Below are positions 45,851-59,235 of a stretch of 64,000 nucleotides of DNA, in pieces (within the stretch, counting starts at the first letter, position 1; every line of letters begins with the position of its first letter). Source of the stretch: Podarcis erhardii (lineage: Eukaryota); NCBI GenBank assembly GCA_964252035.1, contig OZ176209.1. One strand, given 5' to 3'. A model generated the notes under the pieces. That model was not told where the DNA came from and did not search any database. It saw nothing but the letters and a program-made list of their open reading frames with translations. Position numbers and translations under genes: made by a program.

Positions 45851-47691
45851 GTAAGAAGCTCATTGCTTCAGACAGTAATTCACAACTTGAATGTGCTGTG
45901 TTCTTTTTATAATGCACCCATTCATATGACTTCTAGGTGAACTTCCACATAACTTCCAATGTATTCTATTTATCTGGAAATGCAGACTGCTGGGGGGGTT
46001 TTCCACCCTGTGATGGCTTTTCTTTTTTTCACCACTTCATGTCAGGATCCATGAGAAGTAGCTTATCTGAAGGAGAAACTGGACAAGTTTCTTTGTGAAA
46101 GAGTGGCTTTCATTGCATTGATCGTGCTTGCCCTGCTTGCATTGATTGTTTTAGTTCCTAGCTCACCCAGGCCTCTTATATGGTCCAAATGTAGTTCTCC
46201 AAGAGTAATTGTTTCTTAATTAAAAATTTGTACATCATCACCAAGGTGGGAATTAACTCTTACAACTTGACTCCTTGAATTCCAGTCTGATTTGGATGTC
46301 TGGTCTCCCATTTTGTAGCCCCTTTAGATCAAACGTGAGCAGAAGTCAGATCTAGATCTACTGGTAGATCTTTTGGTAATTTGTGGTATATGAGCAAGGA
46401 TTCCGACTTCCAGCTGCTTAGAGATGGCGGATACAAGATCACCCCCTGCCCTGTATTACATTGCTGAAATGAAGAAAGCTGTGGATAACCAAAAGTGGAT
46501 TTTGGTGTGGAAGGACATTGAGCTCCTCAAAATAAGTTCCTGGGTTCAGAATGCTATAATTCTAAGGGTATGTTGTTTGGCCCAGGCTCCAGTTGTAGAT
46601 CTCAGGGTTCTAGTAAAAATCAAGACAGACCACACAAGCCTGAAGTCTACCCTCTTGTGTTTTAAGTAATTGAGGTGGAGCAAAATGGTATATTTTTGTG
46701 GTTGCTCTTACTGCCTTGCTGTTGGCTCTCTATAAGTGAACTAAGGAGAAGGCAACGCTCACAACAATGATTAAAATGAAAAATCCATATTGGATTCAGT
46801 GATGGGGTTTGATATTTGTGTGCAGAAATGCAACTAATACAACCAATAACTTGAATCTTGGCTGACCTGTGCAAGGAGACCAGTGAAGGACTGCAATTTT
46901 TGACAAGACCACTACTAACCTTTTGAACCCCATATTGCAAAATTCTTGACAATTTCAATTAGGACAACCAACTTTTTTCCCCATTGAGCTCTTCCTCCTA
47001 GATGTAGTTTTCCTATAACATTGTTCGGAATATGCAGAGTGGGCATTTGCAAAGCCTTGGTAATATTGCGTCCCATGGAATAAGAGTCACTTCAAGTCCA
47101 GCAGTGCCCTCCAGGTGCCCACTGGGACACAGATAAGGTAGGGGGTGGAGGCAGTGAGGTCAAGGGAACTCTGGGTTGGTGATATCAGCATCCTGCAGGT
47201 GCAGGCACACCTGTGAGGTCACCACCACCAACTCGGAGCTCCCAGCCTAGCCACCACTTCACCCCATTCCTAGTTTGCATGCTTTTGCCACTGTTGATCT
47301 GCCCCCTCACACATAGCTAATGTTCAAATCACCACCAAGTAGGACATAGCATGCCAATTCTGTATAGCTTGTTACTCTGATAATATCACTTGTATGTGTT
47401 TGTTTTATGCTAGGAATCTGAGCTTGATCACATTACATAATTTGCAAGCTCTCTTTTTTTTCATGGAAAGTGCCCTCCACATAGGAGTTTGAAGGGTTTC
47501 CAGAGTATGTTGAGTACACTTCTAAAGGCTTTTATTACTATGGGGCAAAATGCCCTTGTAAGAATCGTGTCTTTGTTCTTATGGTGTGGAGCAGGAAGAC
47601 GGATCATTTGCGGGGAAATTAAGTATCTCTGGAATTGGAAGCTGGAACAGTTTTGCTGACTACATCTAGGCAGAGATCCTAGAATCATCAT

Positions 47692-47737
47692 TTTCCCAAG
47701 ACCTAGTTTCCCAAGACCCTGTTTCCCAAGACCCTAG
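47692..47737. repeat. Three tandem copies of a ~15-nt unit (tttcccaagacc(c)t)
   Basis: read directly. Confidence 0.8.
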
Positions 47738-48705
47738 GATCAAGCAATATCTACCTTCTGAATCGGAATGCAATGCAATGGCAGGATTAATGGCTCAAAA
47801 CCTTGAAATCCAGTTTACATTTATGCTATTCCAGACTTTCTGTATCACCAGCTATACCTCTGTTCAGCAGCAAATGAGCAAAAGTCAAAAGACAAGTCTT
47901 AGCTCACCTTCCCATGGTCGAGAGCTCTCTTACAAGCCAGAGTTCATACACGAGAGCACTCTTCAGGTGCTCTGATGCCATGTACGAAAATAGCAAGGCT
48001 AACATGCCCCTCCCTATAGCCCTACCCCTTTGCATGATCACAATGCATGACATCAAAACACCTGAAGAGAGATTAGATCTACCTGCAGCAGATACAAGCC
48101 CAGCTATAGAGCAGGGAATCTTTCTCAGAAGCCTATCACCACCACCACCACCACCACCTCCAGTCAGTGTCATGGCTGTTGGTTGCTTTTTGGAACTTAT
48201 AGGACTCATTCTCTGGATACGCTCAGAAATACTGCTCTGCATCTATGCCTAGTAGGAGGAAAATACCTTTCACTAGGTTTTCACCCTGTTCCTGCTCAGA
48301 ATAGAAATTTCTCAGGTAAGATTTTTAAAAATCCCATTTTGGGTTGAAAACAATGTTGTCACAACTCAGATTTGTTTGGTTCTTCTCAACACATATTTCT
48401 CTGAACTTTCCAGCCAAAAAATATATTAATAGGGCTTTGATGAATTATATCTCCTTTCTGTCACTTTTTGTTAGATTGAATCATCTTGATCAGCATTAGT
48501 GAGACATGAAAATTAGCCATTGTGCTGTTCTAAATATTATTATGATGCAGGAAAGAAGCCATCAGAACCTGATTAATGTTTCCAATTATGAAGACACTCT
48601 TATTAGATTCCAGATAATTTGTTTGCACAGCTGCTTAGGAGGGGATGGGCACAGGACCTCATAAGGGCAATAATGTATTATCTATCTTTTGTGTGTATTT
48701 TATAG

Positions 48706-48860
48706 TAGCTTGCCTGCATCCTTGGAGCCAGAAAGCATTGGTCTTGGCAGTGTCAGTAGCAGCCAGGATTCCCTACACAAAGCTCCCAAGAAGAAAGGAA
48801 TCAAGTCTTCAATAGGACGTTTGTTCGGTAAAAAAGAGAAGGCTCGACTTGGACAGCTCA
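48706..48860 (+). CDS. PPFIA2: PPFIA2 exon (155 nt, phase 2-1): (S)[51 protein letters not shown](R)
   Basis: ttttatag|T ... CTCA|gtaagg; [18 protein letters not shown] liprin motif. Confidence 0.95.
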
Positions 48861-50351
48861 GTAAGGAATTAGTTGTACCAGGCTCGGGTCGCTGTTTTTC
48901 AGTATTTTTTTTTTAATGGTTTTGGCTTCTTTTTCAGTTTCATTTTGCTTTTCCAAACATTCATTTCTCTTCTAAACTGGTGGGATCTTTTCCACATAAT
49001 TCTGTTATACCATAACTAGTATTGACTGTCACATCGTTCACTGTGTTTTTCTAAATGAGCAGGGGGGATAGGATGAGATTCCTTTACTTAATTCTGCTGC
49101 CTTTACAGAATTACGAAAGTGTAACTTTGCTAACACTTACACAGTTTAAAAAACCTTGACAGCAAACATATGAATCTGTTGACTTGGCTAAAAGGCCCCT
49201 TTCCACAACCACCATCACCGTCCTTTTTCAGTTTTGTTTAGCATCCAACTTGACAGAAGACTTGGCTAGCAGAAAACTCAAAGTGGCATTGGTTCCCATG
49301 CTTTTGCTCCTATTATGAATGTAGTTGCTTTTAGCCTTCGTTTGCTTGCCATGAATCCCCTCCTGGATTCTTTTCCAGTCTTCATAGCACAAGGCTCCTA
49401 TCTGTTTTGATCTTATACTCAGATAGATTATAAGACACAAAAGTATCCATACACTGGCAGAGCTATGCTAACTGCCTGCCTATGCCACTGTGGTTTGCAG
49501 AGCCACTAGGACATTTGTAGCCAGCCACTCACAGCAGCAAAAGGGGAGGCAGGCAACTCTGGCCCCAATCCTGCTGCTGCTGACTTAGTAAAAGTGACTA
49601 ATAGTTGTAATTCTATTCATTTCAATAAAACTACACCTTTTAGTGGCTTTGCTAAGTTGCCATTTGTAAAAACAAAACAAAGATTTAGGTAACTGTCATT
49701 TGAAACAGATGGCCGGAACATATTGGTGATTATGGATCCTGTTAGAATATGAAGAATTTCCACAGTGTCTTACAGTTCGTATTTAATATCTTCATATCAT
49801 TGTCCATTTACGTTATTCAGGGGCAACACTTTAGGTAAGTTTTATCCTGAATCATTTCATTCAAATAAAATTGGAAACTTCCACTTCTCAGTTTCCACAT
49901 CCCTATTGACAAGAAAGAGCAAGGAAACAAATATTTAACCTAAATATTTAGGATATTTAGTGAGCAGCCCCAGTTTACTCTGGGGCAAGCAAATAGTGAA
50001 TACAGCCTGCCTAACCCCCATATTTTTAACTTTTCATGTAAAATATTGTACATTCTGAAATATAGTGTATATAAACAAAAAATAAATAGGTTGATAATTA
50101 GCTTAGTGCAGAATGGTCACTTTTCTCATTATTAGTAACATTCTAGTTCAGACCGTCCTTTCATCTAGCATTGGGGGAAATGAGGTGATTTGGTTTTTTT
50201 TAATATGGTACATTCAATATATTTCACAATCAATTTAATGATGAGCCCTTTGACACAAACTAGATGTTCCCATCTGCACAGACTAAAAGCTTAATATCTG
50301 TTCCATGGCTTATTCATTGTCAGTTAAATTAATCAAGATCCATTTTATTGA

Positions 50352-50387
50352 TATTGGCATACTAAATACTATTGGCATACTAAATAC
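50352..50387. repeat. Perfect 18-nt tandem duplication (tattggcatactaaatac x2)
   Basis: read directly. Confidence 0.85.
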
Positions 50388-50746
50388 TATTACGTCTGAT
50401 TATCTTCTTCTTCTTCTTTAGTAAGTTGAAGGCCCCAGGAATCAAGATATAATAAATGCATTCATATCCATTATGCTCTTTAGAACAGAATAGAGATGTC
50501 AACCTGTAAAAGCTGCCCTGGGGGCAATATTAGTTGCCCAATGTGCTACCCCCTCCCCATGACTGTAACCCACCACAACATCATAACTGCATAATTGGAT
50601 GAAAATCCATTCATAGTTCTGAAGAAGTACTTGAAGTAAATCACTGCCAAATGTTTGTAACAAACAGGGGTTTTCATTTCCACCTTAGTTCAACCAAAGC
50701 AGTAGTACATTCAAAAGTAAAATATGCAACCAATATTAATAAAATA

Positions 50747-51006
50747 CAGTCATACCTTGGGATACAGAAACTTCAGGTTGCATTTTTTCGGGTTGTGGAC
50801 CGCCGAAACCTGGAAGTACCAGAATGGGTTACTTCCAGGTTTCGGCGGTCACACATGCGCAGAAGCGCTAAATCACACTTTGCGCATGCGCAGACGCACC
50901 AAATTGCAACCCACGCGTGCGCAGGCGTGCTGCTGTGGGTTTCGGATGCTGTGGGTTGTGAACGTGCCTCCCGCACGGATCACGTTCGCAACCCAAACGT
51001 CCACTG
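50747..51006. mobile_element. Tigger-like MITE, family B
   Basis: TA-cagtcatacc...cgtccactg-TA; core shared with 3400-3627. Confidence 0.7.
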
Positions 51007-51204
51007 TATATTCTGCAGAATACCTGTTCCCCTTTTTTAAAAAAAAGTGTGAGAGCAATGGCAGGAAAAAGATTGGCTTTCCATTTGCATGCTTCTGGAA
51101 TGGAAAGCCCACAACTGATGCTCACAATGATCCTTCATAACTTGTATAACCTGTATTTTGAGCTATCTGTAGTCAAACATGAAGTACTTCGTAAGAAGGC
51201 GAAC

Positions 51205-51275
51205 TCTAGCTATCTAGAACCTCCATATCTCTAGCTATCTAGCTATCTAGAACCTCTATCTAGAACCTCCATACA
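51205..51275. repeat. Complex short tandem repeat (tctagctatctagaacctc variants)
   Basis: read directly. Confidence 0.75.
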
Positions 51276-53418
51276 ATGGGAGAGAGCCATTGCCTTCAAG
51301 TCCTTCTTCCTGGAGGCATCTACAGTACTTGCTGGTCTAGATCAACCTCTAATCTAATGCCTTCTGATAGGGATTTGTGCTCTTGTATATGGCAGCAATT
51401 ATAACATTGGAAACAGTGTCATTTGGTTTCTTTTTGTCCTGTGTCACAATAGGACTTCTTTTTTCTTTTCTTTTTGAATGAGAAAAGTTGCTTCAACCAT
51501 GCTGCATCTTCTCCGGTCCATGATCATTATCAAAGATTTTCTTTCAGAAAACCATGGTGGTCCTTTCTGTAGTCTTGGTTTCCATAGCTTTCCACTTCTG
51601 ATGATTAGCTAGGATCAAGTCACCTAATGTGTTAAAGAGATCTAGTTTAGTGTTGTTGTTTTCTAATTCTTCGACCCAAAAAACCTGACTCAACGATACA
51701 TATTTAAGATTGAGAGTAGGGAACTCTTTCTCTCTTTTTTCCCTTCTTTATCCTTTGAACTTGCTGTCCTTTTGTCGTCTCATTGACTCTCTCTGCAGTC
51801 TTCCAGCATGCTTTTGAAACATCAACTTTTGTTTGTGTTCTCTATTGTTGGATCTGTGATGTCTTTTCTTAAATTCAAATAATGTATCACATTGGTTGGC
51901 AAGAACAGGGTCCCTCCACCCCATCTAATTGGAGATGGAGAAAACATGTGAAAATGTTTAAGAATATGACTTGTGTAACCACCCAGTTACCTTGTGGTAT
52001 TGCTTTTAATTTAAAATAGCACAATGGTACACTATAGCTCATGCCAATGTTTCAAGCTCAAAGTCGCTTAAATATGATCCATAACAGAATGCATGTCCTA
52101 ACTGTGCTTGGTCAGATGATGGTACAGCTGAACAAGAGGAGATTTACTGACTCTGATATACTATATCTTAGGCAGTGATCCTGCATGTACATCTTTCATC
52201 TGTCTGTGCAAACAGTCTATATTGCTGGTGGCATGCTCTGTGTGTTTGTGTGTGTCTCCAGACTCGAAGGTGTCTGAAAGAGGGATGTGTATAATCATCT
52301 TACTCCTGCCTCCAGTAAGCAAGTGCTTTTGTCTTGTTTCAAAAACGTGCAAAACCTGCATGACTAGAGGCAACAGCGAGCAGAAGAAAGGCTTAATGGG
52401 AACTGATACCTCTAAAAAAAACCCAACCCATTTTCAACCACCTTTAAAACTATTGGTTGTATTCATAAGTAAGGAGGTTGGAAGGCCACTCATGCAAAGG
52501 AACATTCCTGGCCCCAGTTCCTCACTACCGCACCCCACACAACCAATATTTGTTGGTATTTTAAGGTTGTATTTTGCTGCTTGGTATGGTTTTAACTCCA
52601 TTTTATAATTCTTTCCCATGCTGTTTTTTTTTTATTTTGTTGCTGTTGACTTTTGTGAGTTTGTTTTCTGTACATATTCTTTTCCCTTTTTGTGTGATTC
52701 CAAGAGAGATCAATAGCAACTGGGCATCTAATAAATGCATTAAATAAAAAATGAAGCCTCTTGGCAGCTGAGGAGTCCTCAAGAAAGGTTTTGGTAGGAT
52801 GTAGTGCCCCTAGAAGACACTTTTAAGAGGCCCAGGAGGCTGTATTAGGAAAAGGAGGAGTGTGGACAAGCCCTTCTCCATACATATATTCCACTCCCAT
52901 AACTTCTGGCTACAGCCCATTTTCTGTTTTCATTCTGTTTAGAGGCAGCTCTAGGGAAAAACCCAGCTAATTTCATACTTTCTCCAAAGCATTAGGAAAC
53001 TACAGTTTCCTACACACAGGGGACTCTGTTTTTATCCTGTAGTGCTATGCAGTCATCAGTACATAATGACTCGCCTCCATATTGAACAGTCCTGCAGTCA
53101 GCAGACATTTCCCATACCTCACAGGAAACCTTGAACAAGACCTTTAGTGACTGTATATTAATAATCTGCTGTTGAGGTACCTGTGGCTTTTGCTGCTTCT
53201 TTTTCTAAGTCGTTGAGACCATCCTACAAATGATTTCCTTGTTGTTAGTTCTTATATGTCCCAACGGATAGTGAGGAAGTAGCTTCTGGATTTAGGTATC
53301 TTGCTTTGTTTTCCACCCCAGAAGACAGACTTTAGAATTTCACAGACCAAATGCTAAACTAATAGAGCTGCTTGAAAAGAATGTCAATGGAGAAAATCTA
53401 TTTGCTGTTTTGACACAG

Positions 53419-53512
53419 GAGGTTACATGGAAACAGAAGCTGCAGCACAGGAATCTCTGGGATTAGGCAAACTGGGAACTCAGGCAGAGAAAGACCGAAG
53501 ACTAAAGAAAAA
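53419..53512 (+). CDS. PPFIA2: PPFIA2 exon (94 nt, phase 1-2): (R)GYMETEAAAQESLGLGKLGTQAEKDRRLKK(K)
   Basis: tgacacag|GA ... AA|gtaggt. Confidence 0.95.
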
Positions 53513-54824
53513 GTAGGTTGCTTATTCATGCTCCTTTTATCCTGTCATCCATCTGTAGTGCATTTCCTTGATCCTTTACTTATGCTCAGCATGGATTGCA
53601 CCTGCTTGGAATATCCAGTAGGTATTTGTTTTCTATTTAAATATATTTGATTAGCAACACTCAGTACAATTTACAAACATATAATTTATCAAAATAGTGC
53701 AATAGCTTGCAAAAATAAAACAAGTTTTATTGGCACTTAAAGCAGCATTAAAAAAAAAACCCTAAAGGATTGTGTCCATTTCTCTATGTGGATTTCAGTA
53801 AAGAAGGTCAAGAGGAAAGGCTGTTTGTATTTATGAGCAGCCTATTATAAAATGCAAATGTTCTCCTTTGACTCTATTTTCTCCTTAGGAGGGGGGCAAC
53901 CTAGAGTTTTGTGTATATGAATTATAGGATAATTATATGCTTTCACCCACTGCATTTACTTGGAAGTTAAATTCAGCAGCTGCTATGATTCAGGACACAT
54001 AGGCTTTGATAAACTGTAATTACTACTGCTTCTCAATACCTGCTATGCTCCGTTTGGAAACAGATTATTTAAAAAAAAAAAACAAAGGGGGGAAAAACTT
54101 ATAGGGGGAATAAGACTATTCAGTGTTTTGAAGCAGTGTTGTGAAGTTTTGCTGTTGCTTCTCATGGTATGACTTTGGAAATTTCCTTAAAGTTTTCTCA
54201 CTCAACTTACTTCTGCTGATCCTTTCCTCAAAAGTTTCCTGCTTAATATTGTCAGTTTCTTCATAGGTGTGTTCCAACATTTGACTCTTTGTTTGTAGAG
54301 TGCATATTAACCATGTTTTCTATGCCACGTATGACTGTGAGAAAATATATTTTCACCGTTCACTGTTCATTGTTCAACCTGGTTGTTCACCCTATGAAAA
54401 TCCTGATGCAGCAATCCAAAGCTACAATCAACAGAATTATTCTGCCAGTTTTATCTTTTCCATGCTATTTACTAGAATCCTTACCTGATTTCTTATCTGA
54501 GCTATGACTGTATAGAAGAAGCAGAGAACCAGACTGGAATTTGTATCATGCTGCCAAGCTAGCCATTAGATTTAGAAGAAAATATCAGATAAGAGGTTTC
54601 TGACTATAAATGGTATAAAATCATTACTGAGGATTTCAGGAATAACTTCTGGTTATAACTTCTGTAGTATTTTAAAATTTTATTTCTGGCTTCCCATTCC
54701 TAAATATTTGTAATGAATAGCACTTGAAATCCTTACCCCAGTTGCCTAGTAGAAAGCCCCATGGAATTCAGTAAGATTTACTTATGAGTAGGCATGGATA
54801 GGATTGCACTGATAACATCCGAAA

Positions 54825-55180
54825 GGGACACGGGTGGTGCTGTGGTCTAAACCACTAAGACTCCTCGGCTTGTTGATCAGAAGGTCGGCGGTTCAAATTC
54901 ACATGACGGTGAGCTCCTGTTGCTCTGTCCCAGCTAACTTAGCAATTCGAAAGCACACCAGTGCAAGTAGATAAATAGGTACCACTGCAAAGGGAAGGTT
55001 ACGCTCTGGTTTTTGTCATGGTGTTCCCTTGTGCCAGAAGCGGTTTAGTCATGCTGGCCACATGACCTGGAAAGATGTCTGTGGACAAATGCCAGCTCCT
55101 TCAGCCTGACAGCGAGATGAGCGCCACACCCCATAGTCACCTTTGACTGAACATAACCATCCAGGGGTCCTTTACCTTTA
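54825..55180 (+). mobile_element. Sauria SINE
   Basis: gggacacgggtggtgctgtggtctaaacc...ccaggggtcctttaccttta. Confidence 0.87.
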
Positions 55181-58025
55181 ACTCTACCCTACATTTTAAC
55201 ATCCTAGAAAAACTAACGTAATATTATTAGAATACCTGTATAACACATGATGATGGTGTAGTATGAAATCAGTCACTGTCGCCCATCATATGTATAAGCA
55301 ACAGAAGTAAACAAAAAATGGCTTTGGGGTTGGAATAGAAATCTTTGTTCATTAAAAGAGTCTAATAATTTATATAAAATTTTGCTAGAGACTTTAGTCC
55401 TGCCTTTCACCTTTGTCCTTTGTCTCATTCGTTGGTGGTTTGGTATTCTTTATGTTTGCTGGATTTCTTGTTTCTGGTAATTGCATCTTGTGGTTAGCCT
55501 CTGAAAAAGAAGCAGTAACATATAATTTGATGACCTCCTTCTGGTTACAGTGTGGCTTAGGAAAGCTCCAATGTCTATTTATTTAACAGAGCCTTGCCCA
55601 ACCCAGTGCCCTATAACTCCCATCAGCCCCAGCCAGCACTATACTCTGTTTAACACCATCCCTCATATAATAGGGCCCCTGCCCCAAATATGCTTACAAT
55701 CTAAAAGGGGACTAGGGGAATGGGAGCAGAGGTGAGCAGGGTAAGACTATATGATTACTTCAACTACTATCCTTTTGTTTAGTTGCAACTGGGGTTGGAG
55801 ATTGCTGGAGTTCTGCCTACTCCTTACTAGAAAGAACAATGGTGAATGTATGAAAGGGAACAAGCAAGGATTATGCAGTTTAATGCAAGTCAGAGAGGCA
55901 AGGAATTAGTTTTTATTGGTCCTACCACCAATTTCCTTTTCAGCCTTAAATGTTTCCTATCTTCCTCTATTAAATCTGTAATTTCATGTTGCCTGTAGGG
56001 TGTTTTGCTTTCTTTAAGTTAAATGTTTAACTATCCTACAATGAATTTGCAAATTTTAGTGATAGGATACATGTTTTAGAGACCAGTATTTTCACACCGG
56101 TGTCTTTATTTGCTTGTTCATTTTGATTCCCCTTTATTCCATCTGTTTGCTTTACAAAATCAATCAAGCAGCTTTTAAAGAAATCTCGGGTGAATAGTAT
56201 CTGGCCCATTGACTTCTCATGTCTTGATTTTGATTGTCAACTGAATACAGTCTGCTGCCAAAAATGTCTGCCGCACAAGAAATTCCTGGGGCTCTGAATT
56301 TTGCAGACATTGTGTTTGAGACTTGCCCATGGAATCTTTCCCTGCTACTTATCTGTGTATAGATCTTAGCCCTGTTCAAATGGCACTTTTGGGTCAGAGA
56401 TGGTAAAAAAGCAAGAGGGGTTAATTCACCTAATCTTCAGACCCACACCAGTTGTTTGTGCAGGAGCTACTCTTTGTATTTTTTCAGGGTACAGATCACA
56501 TGGAAAGATTGTAGGTTCATGCAGTTTGTAGACACATAATCTCTGGACAATAGATTGACTTAATTCATAAAGATTGCCAATAGGGCCAACAGGCATCATT
56601 TTAAACGTGTCCCAGCCAAATTGCTGTCTGCACAGCACCCTGGCTGTTTAGATATCAAGGCAACTGGCCTTCTACTAGATATTACACGGGAGATCATTCT
56701 GCTAAGACAGGAAACCTCACAGGGTACCAGTAAATTTAAAGCGCCCATGTACCACAGTTATATGATGGGCCAGACTTTCAAACTAATTGTTTGAAAGATG
56801 GTTTTTATTACAGTAGAGCTGTAGGAAGTGGTACCTTCTCAGAAGTAGTGGGTCCAACCTTGTTGCTTCAACAGAAGGTTTATAACTTAATACATATTTT
56901 TGTATGCTCACTAAAAATGCAAATGACATGCAGTGTCTCGGACAAATGTGTGTCTAGCAGCTATTAAAATGTGAACATGTTTCCCATTTCAGTGGTTTCA
57001 TGGTTCATAAATCTAATACATCTATAGTAGTTTTCACATGCTAACTCACTGAGGTCTACATGGGCTTAATTTGTCAAAAATGCAATCAAAAGCAAATAGT
57101 TTAAAATGCGGAATATATATACCGTATATTGCTCAGATTGAAACTGTACCCATCTAAGTCACATCTTCAATTACTACCGTCGGCTGTGCATGTTTGTAAA
57201 ATAAGTTTTACAAATGCAAAGTGAAAGCTTAATTGTGATTTTACAATGTCATTTGGATGATGATGTAATTGGAATAATAATGTAATTTGAAGGGATGTTT
57301 AGTTATCCTATACAAATGCTATACTCTCTATATATATGTATCAAGAAGCATCTCCAATAATCATCTAAATTTGGAGCATTTAAATTGCATGTTAGTTTGG
57401 GATGCAATTGGCCCATATCCAGAACTGAAAATCTTTTTCTGTGTCTTTCAAATAAGTCTCTACTTTCCTTTGCTTTCTTGCCCCATACCACCTGTCTCAA
57501 CAAAGTGCATTAATATTAGCTCAGCAAGGCTGGGAATATGTTCCCTGCCTAGCTAGTCTCGGAAAGAATTAAGTATATATGCTGTCTATTTTTGATTACT
57601 CCATAGATTTCAGGCTTTGGAAAGCTACAAGGTTAGAATCAACTGTTTGAACTTTCACACTATCATCCCTGCCCCATCACCATCCTCCTTGGTATTGGCT
57701 GACCATATTCCAATGCATTACTAGTGCATTGTGATAAACACTGTTAATTAACAAGCCATTCAAGAACTCTAAACTGCAGTGGGTATAAGCTGTGACCAGG
57801 GTTGAAAGAAGCCTGGTTTTCTCTCTTCTCAGCAATTCTTAAGGATAAGCCACCCCACAAATTATCAGAGTCCTCTATATAATGCAACTACCTCTTCCCT
57901 CGAGTCACTGACAAAATTACCACACTGACACTGACAAATTCCTTCTGCCGCTTACCAAATTTGTCACTTGCAGCATTTCAGCCTCTGGCAAGGATGCCTT
58001 TGCACCTGAATTTAGTGCTACCTTA

Positions 58026-58192
58026 CAGATAGGTAGCCGTGTTGGTCTGCCATGGTCAAAACAAAATAAAAAAATTCCTTCCAGTAGCACCTTAAAGACC
58101 AACTGAGTTAGTTCTAGGTATGAGCTTTCGTGTGCATGCACACTTCTTCAGATTTCGTGTGCATGCACACTTCTTCACACTTCTTCAGATGA
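58026..58192 (-). mobile_element. Penelope-like short insertion with hammerhead core (58118-58153) and partial tandem duplication
   Basis: 14-bp TSD ttagtgctacctta (58012-25, 58193-206); same terminus as 17355 and 37522. Confidence 0.8.
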
Positions 58193-58760
58193 TTAGTGCT
58201 ACCTTATTATCACCAGTAACAAAGAGCGATAATTTGAGGGGGGAGAACTGACAGCTTTGTTTGCATTTGCTCAGTATCAAAGGGGATCTGAATGCACAAG
58301 TTCTCCCTAATTCTTAATGCTTATTTTCAAACGGTACAGTATATGGCTCCAAGCTGGGTGTAAGGACACAGGCAAGCCAACAAACCGTATTATGCTCCCA
58401 GATGGAGAATCTTATTGGAGTATCTCCCGAAGTGCTTTCTTGCTGCTGCAAGGAGTATCATGAGCTACAGAGAGAGGGTGTGACAGCTCTGTACGGCCAT
58501 TCAGCCACACCTTGGATTAGGAAAAGGTCATTTAGGAGGCAGAGAAAGGGATGACAGACTGTTTGGTACTTTTATCCAGCTGCGGGATGATGCACATACC
58601 AACCCATGGGAAATCTACTGGTGCAGCAGGCACTATGAAGATCAACATTTCTGCAAAAGCACCCACTTAGTGGGATGAAGTAATCAGTGCTGGTTTGATA
58701 GGGGGAATCAGTCTTTCTGCTTTTTGTGTAGGTGTGGAAAGTCAGTGAAGATGGTCTTAC

Positions 58761-58890
58761 ATAAGAACTTCAGAAGAGCCTTGTAGATCAGACCAACGGC
58801 CCATCTCATCCAGCATCCTGTTCTCACAATGGTCAACAAGATGCCTGTGGGAGACCCGCAAGCAGGAACTGAGCACAAGAGCCCTCTCTT
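58761..58890 (-). mobile_element. LINE (CR1/L2 clade) 3' end fragment
   Basis: ataagaacttcagaagagcc...cccatctcatccagcatcctgttctcaca resembles a common squamate LINE tail; recognised from memory. Confidence 0.5.
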
Positions 58891-59235
58891 GACTGCACTT
58901 AGACCCCACCTTTCAGAGAAGTCTACCTGGTTCTCCCCTTGCTCTGTTTTATCCTCACATTAACTCTGTGAGGTTGAGCTGAGGCTGATAATTAGCACCT
59001 TGGCCAGTGCAGCCACTAGTTGCTCCTGTTCTGTAGCTTGGTGTTCTTTCATTCATTCATTTAAAAGTGTCCTGAAATCCATATATTACAATATGTGGAT
59101 GACTTCTGGTATTCTGTATCATTGGATTTCCCATCATCAAGCAGTGCTGAGGAACCTTAGGCCTGGGAAGCTGAATTAGGTTTTCCAGGCCTCAGAACTC
59201 TCCTCAGGCCACACACACCCCCACTGGCCTGAGTT

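Noticed and set aside
46424-47070. Possible ancient L1 ORF2 C-terminal remnant (KCN...WLTCAR)
   Set aside because: Similarity is too fragmentary to support by eye; needs a profile-HMM search.
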